A stretch of DNA of 64,000 bases from Candidatus Nomurabacteria bacterium GW2011_GWE1_32_28 (GTDB taxonomy: Bacteria; Patescibacteriota; Minisyncoccia; Phycocordibacterales; UBA9973), in assembly GCA_000989515.1 (NCBI GenBank), contig LBOM01000004.1, positions 56,149 to 120,148 of the forward strand, written 5' to 3'. The notes under the pieces were generated by a model, which saw nothing but the letters and a program-made list of their open reading frames with translations, searched no databases and was not told where the DNA came from. Positions 32,810-42,728 of this stretch are shown here, piece by piece. Both the position numbers and the translations under genes were made by a program. Positions within the stretch are counted from its first letter, which is position 1. Each line of letters begins with the position of its first letter.

Positions 32810-35800
32810 ATTTTTTCAAGTTAACATCGAGAGCTAATCCTCGTAAATAATTAAGCAAAACATTAAACGAAGCAGGAGAATTTGGTGGTTTAATAGTCTC
32901 ATTTTTAATAATAGAATCAAATGTAGCAGATCGACCTAATATATCATCAGACTTGATAGTAAGCATTTCTCTTAAAGTATAAGCTGCACCATATCCTTCT
33001 AGTGCCCAGACTTCCATTTCTCCAAATCTTTGTCCTCCACCTTGGGCTTTTCCTCCTAGAGGTTGTTGAGTAATAAGTGAATAAGGCCCAATAGAACGCA
33101 TATGAATCTTGTCTTCTACCATATGGTGAAGCTTTAACATATACATATAACCAACAGCAATATCCTGATCAAATGCTTCTCCAGTACGTCCATCAAAAAG
33201 TTTTAATTTACCATTCTCGGGAAGTCCAGCTTTCTTTAATTCTTCACCTATTTCTTTATGACGTGCCCCTAAAAATGGTGGAACTATCGCTTGATAACCT
33301 AGAGTATTAGCAGCCATTCCAAGATGCATCTCTAAAATCTGTCCCAAATTCATACGAGAAGGAACACCAAGTGGAGAAAGTATTATATCTATAGGTGTAC
33401 CATCTTTGGTATATGGCATATCTTCTTCTGGAAGAATTTTAGAAATAACTCCCTTGTTTCCATGACGTCCAGAAAGTTTATCTCCAACTGATATATTTCT
33501 AACTTGAGCAACTTCAATTATTATTTTTTTAATAATCCCTGCTTCAAGTGTATGTCCTAATTCACGAGAGAATATTTTAATACCAATGATGCGTCCTCTT
33601 TTGCCATGCTCCATTCTAAGAGAAGTATCTTTAACATCACGAGCTTTTTCAGCAAAGATTGAACGCAAAAGTCTTTCTTCTGGAGTAAGTTCTGTCTCAC
33701 CTTTTGGTGTAATTTTACCAATCAAAATATCATTTTCTCTAACTTCAGCTCCAATTCGGACTATACCATCTTCATCCAAATCTTTAAGTTTTAGTTCTCC
33801 AACATTTGGTATATCACGAGTAGTAATTTCAGGTCCAAGTTTTGTATCACGAACGACACAAACAAATTCTTCTACATAAATACTTGTAAATTTACTTTTC
33901 TTTACGAGGCGCTCAGATATTATAATAGCATCTTCATAGTTTGAACCAGACCAAGATAAAAATGCTACAAAAATATTTTGTCCAATTGAAATTTGTCCAT
34001 CTACTGTACTTGTTGTATCTGCTAAGACATCTCCTTTATTGATTTTTTGACCAACATCAACTGCAGGACGCTGATGAAATGAAGAAAAGTTATTATTTCT
34101 TAAAAAGTTAACAAGAGGATAGATTTTTTCTGTTTTACCTTTTACTACTATTTTTCTTGCATCAAGATAAGATACGATACCATCTTCTAATGCAATTATT
34201 ATCCTACCAGAATCACGAGAAGCCAACGCCTCAACACCAGTAGCTACTAACGGTGCTTCAGGAAGTACGCAAGGTACTGCCTGTTTCTGCATGTTAGATC
34301 CCATGAGAGAACGATTTGCATCATTATGTTCCAAGAAAGGAATCATAGAAGTAGCAATAGAAAAAGCTTGGTTTGCAGCAACATCAATAAAATCAACTTC
34401 ATCACGGTTTATCATACCAGGATTAGTTTTTACTCTAGCAGCAACTCTCTCGTCTGTGATATTTCCATTTTCATCATAATCAATAGCTGCATGAGCAATG
34501 TTATATCTTTCTTCTTCAAGCGCATTTAAATATTGTATTTCATCAGTAATTTTTCCATTTTTTACTTTTATATAAGGTGTCTCTATTATTCCAAAATCAT
34601 TTATTTTGGCATAGGTTGAAAGATGTAAAATAAGTCCAATGTTGGGACCTTCTGGTGTATGTATGGGACAAACTCTTCCATAATGAGAAGGATGCACGTC
34701 TCGAACTTCTAATCCTGCACGTTCACGTGTAAGCCCACCTGGTCCAAGCGCTGACAATAAACGAATATGCTCCATTTCTGCTAGAATATTTTCTTGACTC
34801 ATAAACTGTGAAAGTTGGTTTGTGGTGAAAAATTCTTTTATACGAGCTTGAAGTGGACGTTGATTTATAATATGAATTGGTAATGCAGTTTCAACATCTA
34901 TGATAGACATTCTATCTTGAATATTTCTCTTAATCTGCATCATACCTGTTCGTACTTTTTGTTGAAGCATTTCTCCAACGAAACGAACACGTCTCTGTCC
35001 CAGGTGGTCTATGTCGTCAGATTTAGCACCTGCAGTATTATTTAAAACAATAATATTTGTAATTACTGTTATCAAATCTTCTTTAGAAATAGTACGACGA
35101 GCAAGTTCTTCTTTATCTAATCCTTTTTCAAAACGTTGATTAAATCTATATCGCCCAACAGGAGAAAGATCATATCTTTCAGAAGTAAACAAAGAGTTAA
35201 TAAATTCCTTAGCATTATCTGGTGTAGCCATATCTCCGTCTCTTAATCGTTTATATATTTCAATATATGAATCATTCAATGTCTTTGCTACATCTTTTGC
35301 CAAACAAGCTTCAATTACATCCTTACAAACAGGAGTCTTTTTAAATGCTTCTAGCATCATCTCATCTGTGTTATATCCCATAACACGCAAAAGAGCAGTA
35401 GCTGGAAACTTTCTTTTTTTATCTATTCTTATATAAATTGCTCCATCAGATTCTGATTCTAGCTCAATCCAAACTCCACGAGCTGGGATAATTTTTGCAC
35501 CAAAATATCTTTTTCCTTTATTCTCAGATTCTGTAAAAAAAACTCCAAAAGATCGTGCAAGTTGTGGCACAATGATACGTTCTACTCCATTTATTATAAA
35601 AGTTCCATGAGAGGTCATCAAAGGAAATTCCGACAAGAAAATCTCCTGCTCTTTAACAGTACCTAAAATTTTATTTGTTAATTTTACACGAGTTTTAAGA
35701 AGTCCTTGGTAAGAAAGTTTATTTATTTTAGCTTCATTTTCTCCAGAGTTAGCTTCTCCAAGAGAAAAAGAGGTAAATTCAAGTTCAAACTTTTTTCCAG

Positions 35801-35960
35801 AATAATCTATTATTGGAGAAAATTCTTTAAAAACTTCTTTTATACCTTCTTCAATAAGCCATTTATAAGACTTAGTTTGAGCTTCTATCAAATTTGGAAA
35901 TACTATTAATGGATTCTTGTATCTTGAAAAATACTTCTTTGGACGTTTTTCTCTTTGCAT
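32793..35960 (-). CDS. rpoB: RNA polymerase beta subunit
   Basis: GDKLSGRHGNKGV, GGQRFGEMEVWAL, TPEGPNIGL. Confidence 0.98.
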   Translation of the reverse strand: MQREKRPKKYFSRYKNPLIVFPNLIEAQTKSYKWLIEEGIKEVFKEFSPIIDYSGKKFELEFTSFSLGEANSGENEAKINKLSYQGLLKTRVKLTNKILGTVKEQEIFLSEFPLMTSHGTFIINGVERIIVPQLARSFGVFFTESENKGKRYFGAKIIPARGVWIELESESDGAIYIRIDKKRKFPATALLRVMGYNTDEMMLEAFKKTPVCKDVIEACLAKDVAKTLNDSYIEIYKRLRDGDMATPDNAKEFINSLFTSERYDLSPVGRYRFNQRFEKGLDKEELARRTISKEDLITVITNIIVLNNTAGAKSDDIDHLGQRRVRFVGEMLQQKVRTGMMQIKRNIQDRMSIIDVETALPIHIINQRPLQARIKEFFTTNQLSQFMSQENILAEMEHIRLLSALGPGGLTRERAGLEVRDVHPSHYGRVCPIHTPEGPNIGLILHLSTYAKINDFGIIETPYIKVKNGKITDEIQYLNALEEERYNIAHAAIDYDENGNITDERVAARVKTNPGMINRDEVDFIDVAANQAFSIATSMIPFLEHNDANRSLMGSNMQKQAVPCVLPEAPLVATGVEALASRDSGRIIIALEDGIVSYLDARKIVVKGKTEKIYPLVNFLRNNNFSSFHQRPAVDVGQKINKGDVLADTTSTVDGQISIGQNIFVAFLSWSGSNYEDAIIISERLVKKSKFTSIYVEEFVCVVRDTKLGPEITTRDIPNVGELKLKDLDEDGIVRIGAEVRENDILIGKITPKGETELTPEERLLRSIFAEKARDVKDTSLRMEHGKRGRIIGIKIFSRELGHTLEAGIIKKIIIEVAQVRNISVGDKLSGRHGNKGVISKILPEEDMPYTKDGTPIDIILSPLGVPSRMNLGQILEMHLGMAANTLGYQAIVPPFLGARHKEIGEELKKAGLPENGKLKLFDGRTGEAFDQDIAVGYMYMLKLHHMVEDKIHMRSIGPYSLITQQPLGGKAQGGGQRFGEMEVWALEGYGAAYTLREMLTIKSDDILGRSATFDSIIKNETIKPPNSPASFNVLLNYLRGLALDVNLKKYENTK

Positions 35961-36151
35961 GGGTTTATAAAATCCCCAAAATAAACATAAAATAGATTAA
36001 AAACAAAAAGAAAAGTAAGAGCAAAAAACGCTTCTTTTTATTTTTAAAACAAAATTATTTATTTCGGATAGTGATTAACTTAATGCCTAATAATAAGCCT
36101 ATTAATATAAACTGAGATACATCCGAAACTCAATCAAATCTCTTGTTTACT

Positions 36152-36179
36152 AGTATACTTATTTTCACTTTTTTGTCAA
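36152..36179 (-). promoter_or_regulatory. rpoBC promoter
   Basis: TTGACA-16-TATACT, about 190 nt upstream of rpoB. Confidence 0.7.
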
Positions 36180-36190
36180 ATTGACTTTTA

Positions 36191-36904
36191 TTATTTATCT
36201 CTTTTTCTCCACTCTTCTATATCCTTATGGTTCCCTGACAAAAGAACTTTGGGAACTTTATAATTTTTACTTTTTTTACCCTGAACAGAATTGAAGGGAT
36301 ATTTTAAAACTTCTGGCCTTGTATAAACTTCACTTGAAGATACTCTTTCTTCTTCTCGTGAATCATAATTACCAAGAACACCTTCTATCTGACGAGAAAC
36401 ACAATCAACAAGTATCATCGCTGGAATTTCTCCGCCTGTCAGTACATAATCCCCTATTGAAAGCTTTTTAGTTTTTAAAATTTTATCTACTCTCGCATCT
36501 ATCCCTTCATATCTTCCACAAATCAAAACAACATCTGTATATTTTTTAGAAATTGTTTTAGCATAAGTAGTAGTAAATTTTTCTGCATTTGGTATAAAAT
36601 TTATAATCAAAATTTTACTTTTTCTGTTTTTCTTATTTGTAATTCGTAATTCGTAATTCGTAATTTTCTTAAAAACTGCTTCGACAGCTTTTAAAATAGG
36701 CTCTGCTCTCATCACCATTCCAGGGCCTCCTCCATAAGGTTTATGATCTACGGGTTTATAATTATTCTTTGGCGCCTTAATAAAATCTCTTGGATTATAA
36801 AATCCAACAGAAATAAGCTTATTTTTTATAGCTCGTCCAATAATAGATTCATTTAAATATGAATCAAAGATGTCTGGGAAAATTGTAATTATATGAAAAC
36901 GCAT
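36191..36904 (-). CDS. trmD: tRNA (guanine37-N1)-methyltransferase
   Basis: PYGGGPGMV, CGRYEGID, SIGDYVLTGGE, VPKVLLSGNH. Confidence 0.96.
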   Translation of the reverse strand: MRFHIITIFPDIFDSYLNESIIGRAIKNKLISVGFYNPRDFIKAPKNNYKPVDHKPYGGGPGMVMRAEPILKAVEAVFKKITNYELRITNKKNRKSKILIINFIPNAEKFTTTYAKTISKKYTDVVLICGRYEGIDARVDKILKTKKLSIGDYVLTGGEIPAMILVDCVSRQIEGVLGNYDSREEERVSSSEVYTRPEVLKYPFNSVQGKKSKNYKVPKVLLSGNHKDIEEWRKRDK

Positions 36905-36963
36905 AAAATAAAAACCGTAGTATTACTATACCACGGTTTTTATTTTGTTTCATATCGAAAAGT

Positions 36964-37314
36964 TTAGATTCCTTTCAAATCTTCCATAGCCTGATCGATA
37001 GTCTTTGTTGGACTTGGAACATTCTGACGTACTGTTTCAGTAGATCTTGGTTCTGGTCTTACGCTTCCTTCTGGTTCGTTAATTTTCAAATTAACACGAG
37101 CATTATTTTTCATTCCTATTATTCGTAACAATGTACGAATAGCTTTTGCTGTATTACCCATTCTTCCAATAATCTTACCCATATCGGCAGGATTTACTGT
37201 TAGACTAATAAGTACACCCATTTCATCAACAGTACGATCAAGCTTTACATCGTTTGGATTGTCCACTAAAGCCTTTACTACGTATTCTAGAAATATTTTA
37301 TCTGCTTCTTCCAT
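36964..37314 (-). CDS. khpA: KH-domain RNA-binding protein
   Basis: LVDNPNDV...DMGKIIGRMGNTAKAIRTLL; located between rpsP and trmD. Confidence 0.9.
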   Translation of the reverse strand: MEEADKIFLEYVVKALVDNPNDVKLDRTVDEMGVLISLTVNPADMGKIIGRMGNTAKAIRTLLRIIGMKNNARVNLKINEPEGSVRPEPRSTETVRQNVPSPTKTIDQAMEDLKGI

Positions 37315-37409
37315 AATGTTTTTAATATTTTACTTTTTAATCTTTTGTCATTCTGCAGCGTTACGACCTTAAGAAATTACTATCACTGCTTGTCTACAAT
37401 TATACACAA

Positions 37410-37718
37410 CTATTTTTTAGCTTTCAACTCTTTTTTCTTTAGTGTTGGTTTCTTTTTAGGTAATACATTTTTTTTCTTTCCTTCTACGACTTTTTGATGC
37501 ACCATAAAATTATGCATTGTGTCAGAAAGTTGTGCACCTTTTGAAACCCAATATTTTATCCTATCAGTTTTGAAATTTGTCTCTCCTGCTTTTGGATTGT
37601 AAGTACCAACTATTTCTAAAAATCTTCCACTCTTAGTGCTGTTTTTAGAATCAGTTAAAACTGCCCGAAATGCTGGATCATTTTTTCTGCCCACTCTTTG
37701 TAATCTAATTTTTAACAT
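37410..37718 (-). CDS. rpsP: 30S ribosomal protein S16
   Basis: MLKIRLQRVGRK...GTYNP...GAQLSDT. Confidence 0.96.
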   Translation of the reverse strand: MLKIRLQRVGRKNDPAFRAVLTDSKNSTKSGRFLEIVGTYNPKAGETNFKTDRIKYWVSKGAQLSDTMHNFMVHQKVVEGKKKNVLPKKKPTLKKKELKAKK

Positions 37719-37769
37719 AAAGACAGTCTACCATAACTTATAAAAAAGGCAAATCAATTAAACCTACTT

Positions 37770-38285
37770 CTATGGCAAACATTGTTGATACATGGCTGTA
37801 ATATTTTCTCCATCAATATCAAAATATACTGTCTTATAAGTAGCCTTCTGTAAATTAGATATAAATATTAATGTATCCATTAAAAAATTTGCTTCTACCT
37901 CTTGATTGCAATCATAGGTTTTTGTATTTTCTGTAACATAAAGATCTCTAATCTTTAGATTTTGATTAATAAAAAATTCTCCAGTACTATCAATACCTGG
38001 AAGCCAATTTAAATTTCTGGTTAGTAAATCAACTTCTAAAATCCACTTATTGTTATCTTTTGTGATTGATTTTATATCACCCGGCTGATTATGAAAAAAT
38101 TCAATAAGTGATTCTTCTGTGTCCACCTTATCACTATTTTCCACTAATTTAGAATTTTTTATTTCTAAATTCTGAGAAATCAAGCTATTTTTCATCCACC
38201 AATAATATATACCACTACCAACCGCTAACACTGCAATCATAGATAATATCAAACTTACCCCCACAAAACCTTTATTATTTTTCAT
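37770..38285 (-). CDS. Hypothetical exported protein with a pilin-like N-terminal motif
   Basis: MKNNKGF followed by a hydrophobic helix; ends QQCLP. Confidence 0.7.
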   Translation of the reverse strand: MKNNKGFVGVSLILSMIAVLAVGSGIYYWWMKNSLISQNLEIKNSKLVENSDKVDTEESLIEFFHNQPGDIKSITKDNNKWILEVDLLTRNLNWLPGIDSTGEFFINQNLKIRDLYVTENTKTYDCNQEVEANFLMDTLIFISNLQKATYKTVYFDIDGENITAMYQQCLP

Positions 38286-38340
38286 AACTTAATTATGGAC
38301 TCTTTATATAAAAGAGCAAATAATATGCTATATTAAAAGA

Positions 38341-40281
38341 GTGAAAAAAGAATACAAAAAGGAAGAAAAAAGAGTAAGTAAAGTAATACAAGGAATCATA
38401 TCTGTTTCTGCAAAAGGCACAGGATACCTAAGAGTCCCTGATTATAAAGAAGATCCTGAGATTAACTTCAAAGATTTAAACACAGCACTTCATGGTGATG
38501 TAGTTGAAATTATACTAAACCCAAAAGGACATGGACGTATTACTGCAAAAGTATCCAAAATAATCTCACGTGCAAAGATTGGTTTTTCTGGAGTTTTAGA
38601 AAAAAAAGATAATAAATATTTACTAAAACCAGATGATACAAAAATGTACACTTATATTTTAATATCAGAAAAAATGTTAAATGGTGCGAAGATCGGACAA
38701 AAAGTTTATGTAGAAATAACCCTTTGGAAAGATTCAACAAAAATGCCAGAAGGAAAAATAGTAAAAGTTTTAGGACAACCAGGAGAAAATAATGCAGAGA
38801 TGTATGCCATTGCGATAGAAAAAGGTTTCAACAGTGATTTCCCTCAAAAAGTAGAAGAAGAAGCGAGAAAAATAAAAAATCTTGGTATCAGTAATGAAGA
38901 TTATAAAGATAGACGTGATTTTAGAAAAACTCTCACATTCACGATTGATCCAGAAGATGCAAAAGATTTTGATGATGCTATTTCTTTTAAAGAAATTGGA
39001 AACAATGAATACGAAATAGGGATACATATAGCAGACGTCTCTCATTATGTAAAAATAGAAAGTGAGCTCGACCGTGAAGCAAGAAAAAGAGGAACCTCTG
39101 TATATTTAGTAGATAGAACGATACCAATGCTGCCAGAGATTCTCTCAAATGACTTATGCTCTCTTATGCCAAATAAGGATAGACTAACCATGAGCGCTGT
39201 TTTTGTTTTAAATAAAAATGCAGATGTTTTAAAAGAATGGTATGGACACACAATAATACATTCTCAAAAAAGATTTTCTTATGAAGATGCAGAGAAATCT
39301 ATAAAAAAAACAGAATTACCATTTCATAAAGAACTTTCTATTTTAAATAATCTAGCAAAAAAATTAACAAAAGAAAGATTTACAAATGGTGCTATATCGC
39401 TAGAACAAGAAGAAGTAAAATTTATCTTAGATAAAAATGGAACACCTATAAAAGTAATCAAAAAAGAACGAGGTGATTCTAATAAATTAATAGAAGAATT
39501 TATGCTTTTAGCAAATAAAAAAATAGCTGAAACTATTTCAAAAGGCACAAAAAAAGAAGGTGGAGTGTTTGTATATCGTATACACGATAACCCAAACAAA
39601 GAAAAGATGACAGACCTAGCATTCTTCTTGCGAAGCTTAGGACATAAAATATCTTTAGTAGATGGAATCATTCCAACAAAAGAAATAAATAATCTTTTAA
39701 AAAAACTAGAGGGTAAAAGTGAAGAAAGTACAGTTAATCGTGCAGTAATACGCTCTATGGCAAAAGCAATTTATTCTACAAAAAATGTGGGACATTATGG
39801 TTTAGCATTTGAGTATTACGCTCACTTTACTTCACCCATTAGACGATATCCTGATATAGTAGTACACAGACTTTTAACAGATTATCTAAATAAATTAAAA
39901 GTTGGTAAAGAAAAATTAAATATATATGAAGAGATATCAAGACATGCATCAGAACGAGAAAAATATGCCTCTGATGCTGAGAGAGCTTCAATAAAATATA
40001 AACAAGTTGAATATATGTCTTCTCGTATTTCAGAGACATTCAAAGGAATAGTGAGTGGATTAACAGAATGGGGTATCTATGTAGAAGAAAAAGAAACAAA
40101 ATGTGAAGGACTTGTGCGAGTAAGAGACATGGGAGATGATTTTTATGTTTTTAATGAAAAGAAATTAGAACTAGTTGGTCAAAAAAAGAAAAAAAGGTAC
40201 CGCCTTGGTGATAGTGTCACAATAAAAGTAAAAAGTGTTGATTTAGAAAAAAAGACAATAGACTATATATTGATAATATAA
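38341..40281 (+). CDS. rnr: Ribonuclease R
   Basis: TIDPEDAKDFDDA, HIADVSHYV, HFTSPIRRYPD, C-terminal S1 domain. Confidence 0.95.
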   Translation: MKKEYKKEEKRVSKVIQGIISVSAKGTGYLRVPDYKEDPEINFKDLNTALHGDVVEIILNPKGHGRITAKVSKIISRAKIGFSGVLEKKDNKYLLKPDDTKMYTYILISEKMLNGAKIGQKVYVEITLWKDSTKMPEGKIVKVLGQPGENNAEMYAIAIEKGFNSDFPQKVEEEARKIKNLGISNEDYKDRRDFRKTLTFTIDPEDAKDFDDAISFKEIGNNEYEIGIHIADVSHYVKIESELDREARKRGTSVYLVDRTIPMLPEILSNDLCSLMPNKDRLTMSAVFVLNKNADVLKEWYGHTIIHSQKRFSYEDAEKSIKKTELPFHKELSILNNLAKKLTKERFTNGAISLEQEEVKFILDKNGTPIKVIKKERGDSNKLIEEFMLLANKKIAETISKGTKKEGGVFVYRIHDNPNKEKMTDLAFFLRSLGHKISLVDGIIPTKEINNLLKKLEGKSEESTVNRAVIRSMAKAIYSTKNVGHYGLAFEYYAHFTSPIRRYPDIVVHRLLTDYLNKLKVGKEKLNIYEEISRHASEREKYASDAERASIKYKQVEYMSSRISETFKGIVSGLTEWGIYVEEKETKCEGLVRVRDMGDDFYVFNEKKLELVGQKKKKRYRLGDSVTIKVKSVDLEKKTIDYILII

Positions 40282-42221
40282 TGAGTATAAAACATAGCTC
40301 CAGTCAGAAAATTAAACTATGGTTTTGGTCAATATCTATAATTATTATAGGTGTATTCTTTTCATCTTTTATTTTTAATAATGTTAATTATCAAAAAATA
40401 ACAAAACTAATAAATTCAAAAGAAAAAACAGCAATAGCAATAGAATCTTTCTCATCAGCTGATATTGTCCCTCAGTATTTCTACTTTACCAAAGATGTAA
40501 ATCAACAACCAAAAGTTTCAGCTGGTGCATACTTAATTGGTGATTTAGATACAGGAGAAATAATTCTCTCAAAAAACAAAGAAAAACAATTTCCAATAGC
40601 TTCAGTATCAAAATTGATGACTGCGACAGTCGCTATAGAATTAGCAAAGGAAGATGATATAGCCAAGGTTTCCAAAAAAGCGTTAGCTACTTATGGACAA
40701 AATGGTGGATTAAAATTAGCAGAAAAAATAAAAGTTACAGATCTCATTTATCCACTACTACTAGAATCAAGTAATGATGCTGCCGAAATAATAGCTGAAT
40801 ATTTTGATAGAAATATTTTTCTTAAAAAAATGAACCAAGAAGCTCTAAAACTGGATCTATCTCAAACAACATTCGAAGATCCGAGCGGACTTTCTTCAAA
40901 AAACCAATCAACTGTTTTTGATATGTTTAAACTAGCTGGATATATAAATAAAAAAAAACCAGATTTATTAGAAATAACAATGAAAAAAAGTTATACTAAT
41001 AAAAATCATAGCTGGTTTAGCACTAACCAATTCCTATCAGAAGAAGGATATTTAGGAGGAAAAAGTGGATACACAGATCCCGCAATGCAAACAGTCATCT
41101 CTCTCTTTTCACTCCCCTTGGGAGAAGTTGGAAAACGTAATATTGCTATTACATTACTACAAAGCAAAGATCGTTTTAAGGATGTAGAAAATATTTTAAA
41201 TTATTTAAATAAAAATATATATTATGGTGGAGAAGCAGATGCAAATACATCTTGGGTAAAAGAAAGAACAGATTTACCACCGATATTTGATCAAGATTTT
41301 GTGACTCTTCTATTTGGTGGAGATGCTATGCTCGACCGTGGAGTAAAAAACTCTGTAAACAAAAATTTTAAAGGAGATTATTCAGCACTTTTTGATAAAT
41401 TATCAATATTAAAAAAATCTAACATTACTTTTATAAACTTGGAAGGTCCAATATCTGATACTGGAAAAGACATAAAAAATCTATACTCATTTAGGATGAA
41501 CCCTTCTGTCGCACCAGCACTAAAAGGAGCAGGTATATCTATAGTCTCGGTTGCAAACAATCACGCTGGAGACTGGGGACGTGATGCATATATTGATTCA
41601 TTAGGACGTTTAAAAGAAAATGAAATTTTATATACAGGAGGAGGACTAACAGAACAAGAAGCAGAACAACCAACTATCATTGAAAAATATGGAATGAAAA
41701 TAGGATACCTAGGATTCTCAGATGTAGGACCAGATTCTATGAAAGCAACGACAAATAAAGCCGGTTTACTACTTGCTAATAACCCAAATTTTACTGAAAT
41801 AATACAAAATGCTTCAAAAAAAGTTGATTATTTAGTTGTAACATTTCATTTTGGAGATGAATATAAAACCAAACATAATGCAAGACAAGAATACTTAGCA
41901 CATAAAGCAATAGATGCTGGTGCTAAAATTGTAATAGGAACTCATCCTCATGTAATAGAAGATACAGAAGTTTATAGTCCAAAATCTTGCACTCAAATTT
42001 CATGTATGGGATTTATAGCATATTCATTAGGTAATTTTATTTTTGATCAAGGTTTTTCTGTAAATACAATGGAGGGTATGCTTCTTGAAATTAAATTAAA
42101 CAGAGATGGTAGTATGTCCACAAAGAAAAACGTAGTTCAATTAAACAGACTTTTTCAACCAAACAATATAATTATAGGAAAAGAAGAAAAAATAAAATTT
42201 AAAGAAAAATCTGACTACTGA
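40281..42221 (+). CDS. D-Ala-D-Ala carboxypeptidase (S11) fused to a CapA-family metallophosphatase-like domain
   Basis: SVSK, SSN and KSG motifs, then GDAML, NLE, ANNH, HFGDE, GTHPHV, YSLGNF. Confidence 0.88.
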   Translation: MSIKHSSSQKIKLWFWSISIIIIGVFFSSFIFNNVNYQKITKLINSKEKTAIAIESFSSADIVPQYFYFTKDVNQQPKVSAGAYLIGDLDTGEIILSKNKEKQFPIASVSKLMTATVAIELAKEDDIAKVSKKALATYGQNGGLKLAEKIKVTDLIYPLLLESSNDAAEIIAEYFDRNIFLKKMNQEALKLDLSQTTFEDPSGLSSKNQSTVFDMFKLAGYINKKKPDLLEITMKKSYTNKNHSWFSTNQFLSEEGYLGGKSGYTDPAMQTVISLFSLPLGEVGKRNIAITLLQSKDRFKDVENILNYLNKNIYYGGEADANTSWVKERTDLPPIFDQDFVTLLFGGDAMLDRGVKNSVNKNFKGDYSALFDKLSILKKSNITFINLEGPISDTGKDIKNLYSFRMNPSVAPALKGAGISIVSVANNHAGDWGRDAYIDSLGRLKENEILYTGGGLTEQEAEQPTIIEKYGMKIGYLGFSDVGPDSMKATTNKAGLLLANNPNFTEIIQNASKKVDYLVVTFHFGDEYKTKHNARQEYLAHKAIDAGAKIVIGTHPHVIEDTEVYSPKSCTQISCMGFIAYSLGNFIFDQGFSVNTMEGMLLEIKLNRDGSMSTKKNVVQLNRLFQPNNIIIGKEEKIKFKEKSDY

Positions 42222-42238
42222 AACTTATTCGAACCTTA

Positions 42239-42465
42239 TTAGTCAGGATTATTCACCGAAAGAAAATAATCATTCTTTAGTACCTCTCCAAACCTATAAG
42301 CATTAGCGTGAGAAAGAACTCCAAGGTATGAATATAAAGTAGCTTCAAGTTTCTCCTTTGAAAGAGACCTTGCTTTATATAAAACAATTTTCTTACTAAT
42401 TCTTCTTGTTGCTCTTTCTAAGGTTCTTTTTCTTATCAATACATGATATGGAAAAGAAATATGTC
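42239..42465 (-). pseudogene. 3' remnant of DGR reverse transcriptase
   Basis: HISFPYHVLIRKRTLER...LYSYLGVLSHANAY matches the post-FLGY and thumb (SYLG-L-H) region of DGR RTs. No YxDD-containing part remains. Confidence 0.8.
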
Positions 42466-42466
42466 T

Positions 42467-42553
42467 GATGTAAAGAAATACACTATCATCCAAAATATTA
42501 CCGATGAAATCGGTAGAATGCTTGGTGGATGGATTCGTTCTATTGAAAGATAA
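42467..42553 (+). pseudogene. avd: 3' remnant of DGR accessory protein Avd (four-helix bundle)
   Basis: DVKKYTIIQNITDEIGRMLGGWIRSIER*. EIG(R/K)MLGGW is the Avd C-terminal signature. Confidence 0.82.
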
Positions 42554-42556
42554 AAG

Positions 42557-42586
42557 CAAAAGGTATCCTTAACAGGATACCTTTTG
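42557..42586. terminator. Perfect 13-bp hairpin between the avd remnant and the TR-like repeat
   Basis: CAAAAGGTATCCT-TAAC-AGGATACCTTTTG. Confidence 0.85.
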
Positions 42587-42599
42587 TATATATGAGATA

Positions 42600-42728
42600 C
42601 TTCGGAGCAAACGCCGAAGCCGAACCATAGAGATCGCCGGCACGGGACACATCGCTCGTGCCGAACTTAAGCCTGTCAACGCTGAAGTAGAAGAGCGGAA
42701 CCAGCGAGAACACGCCATCAGCATCAGG
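42600..42728 (-). repeat. DGR template-repeat (TR)-position copy, adenine-depleted
   Basis: Gap-free 129-nt alignment to 43105-43233; 34 mismatches by hand count, about 74% identity. Confidence 0.8.

Noticed and set aside
42239-42559. 106-aa ORF as a real protein
   Set aside because: Chimera of antisense avd sequence and the RT stub; no catalytic RT motifs.
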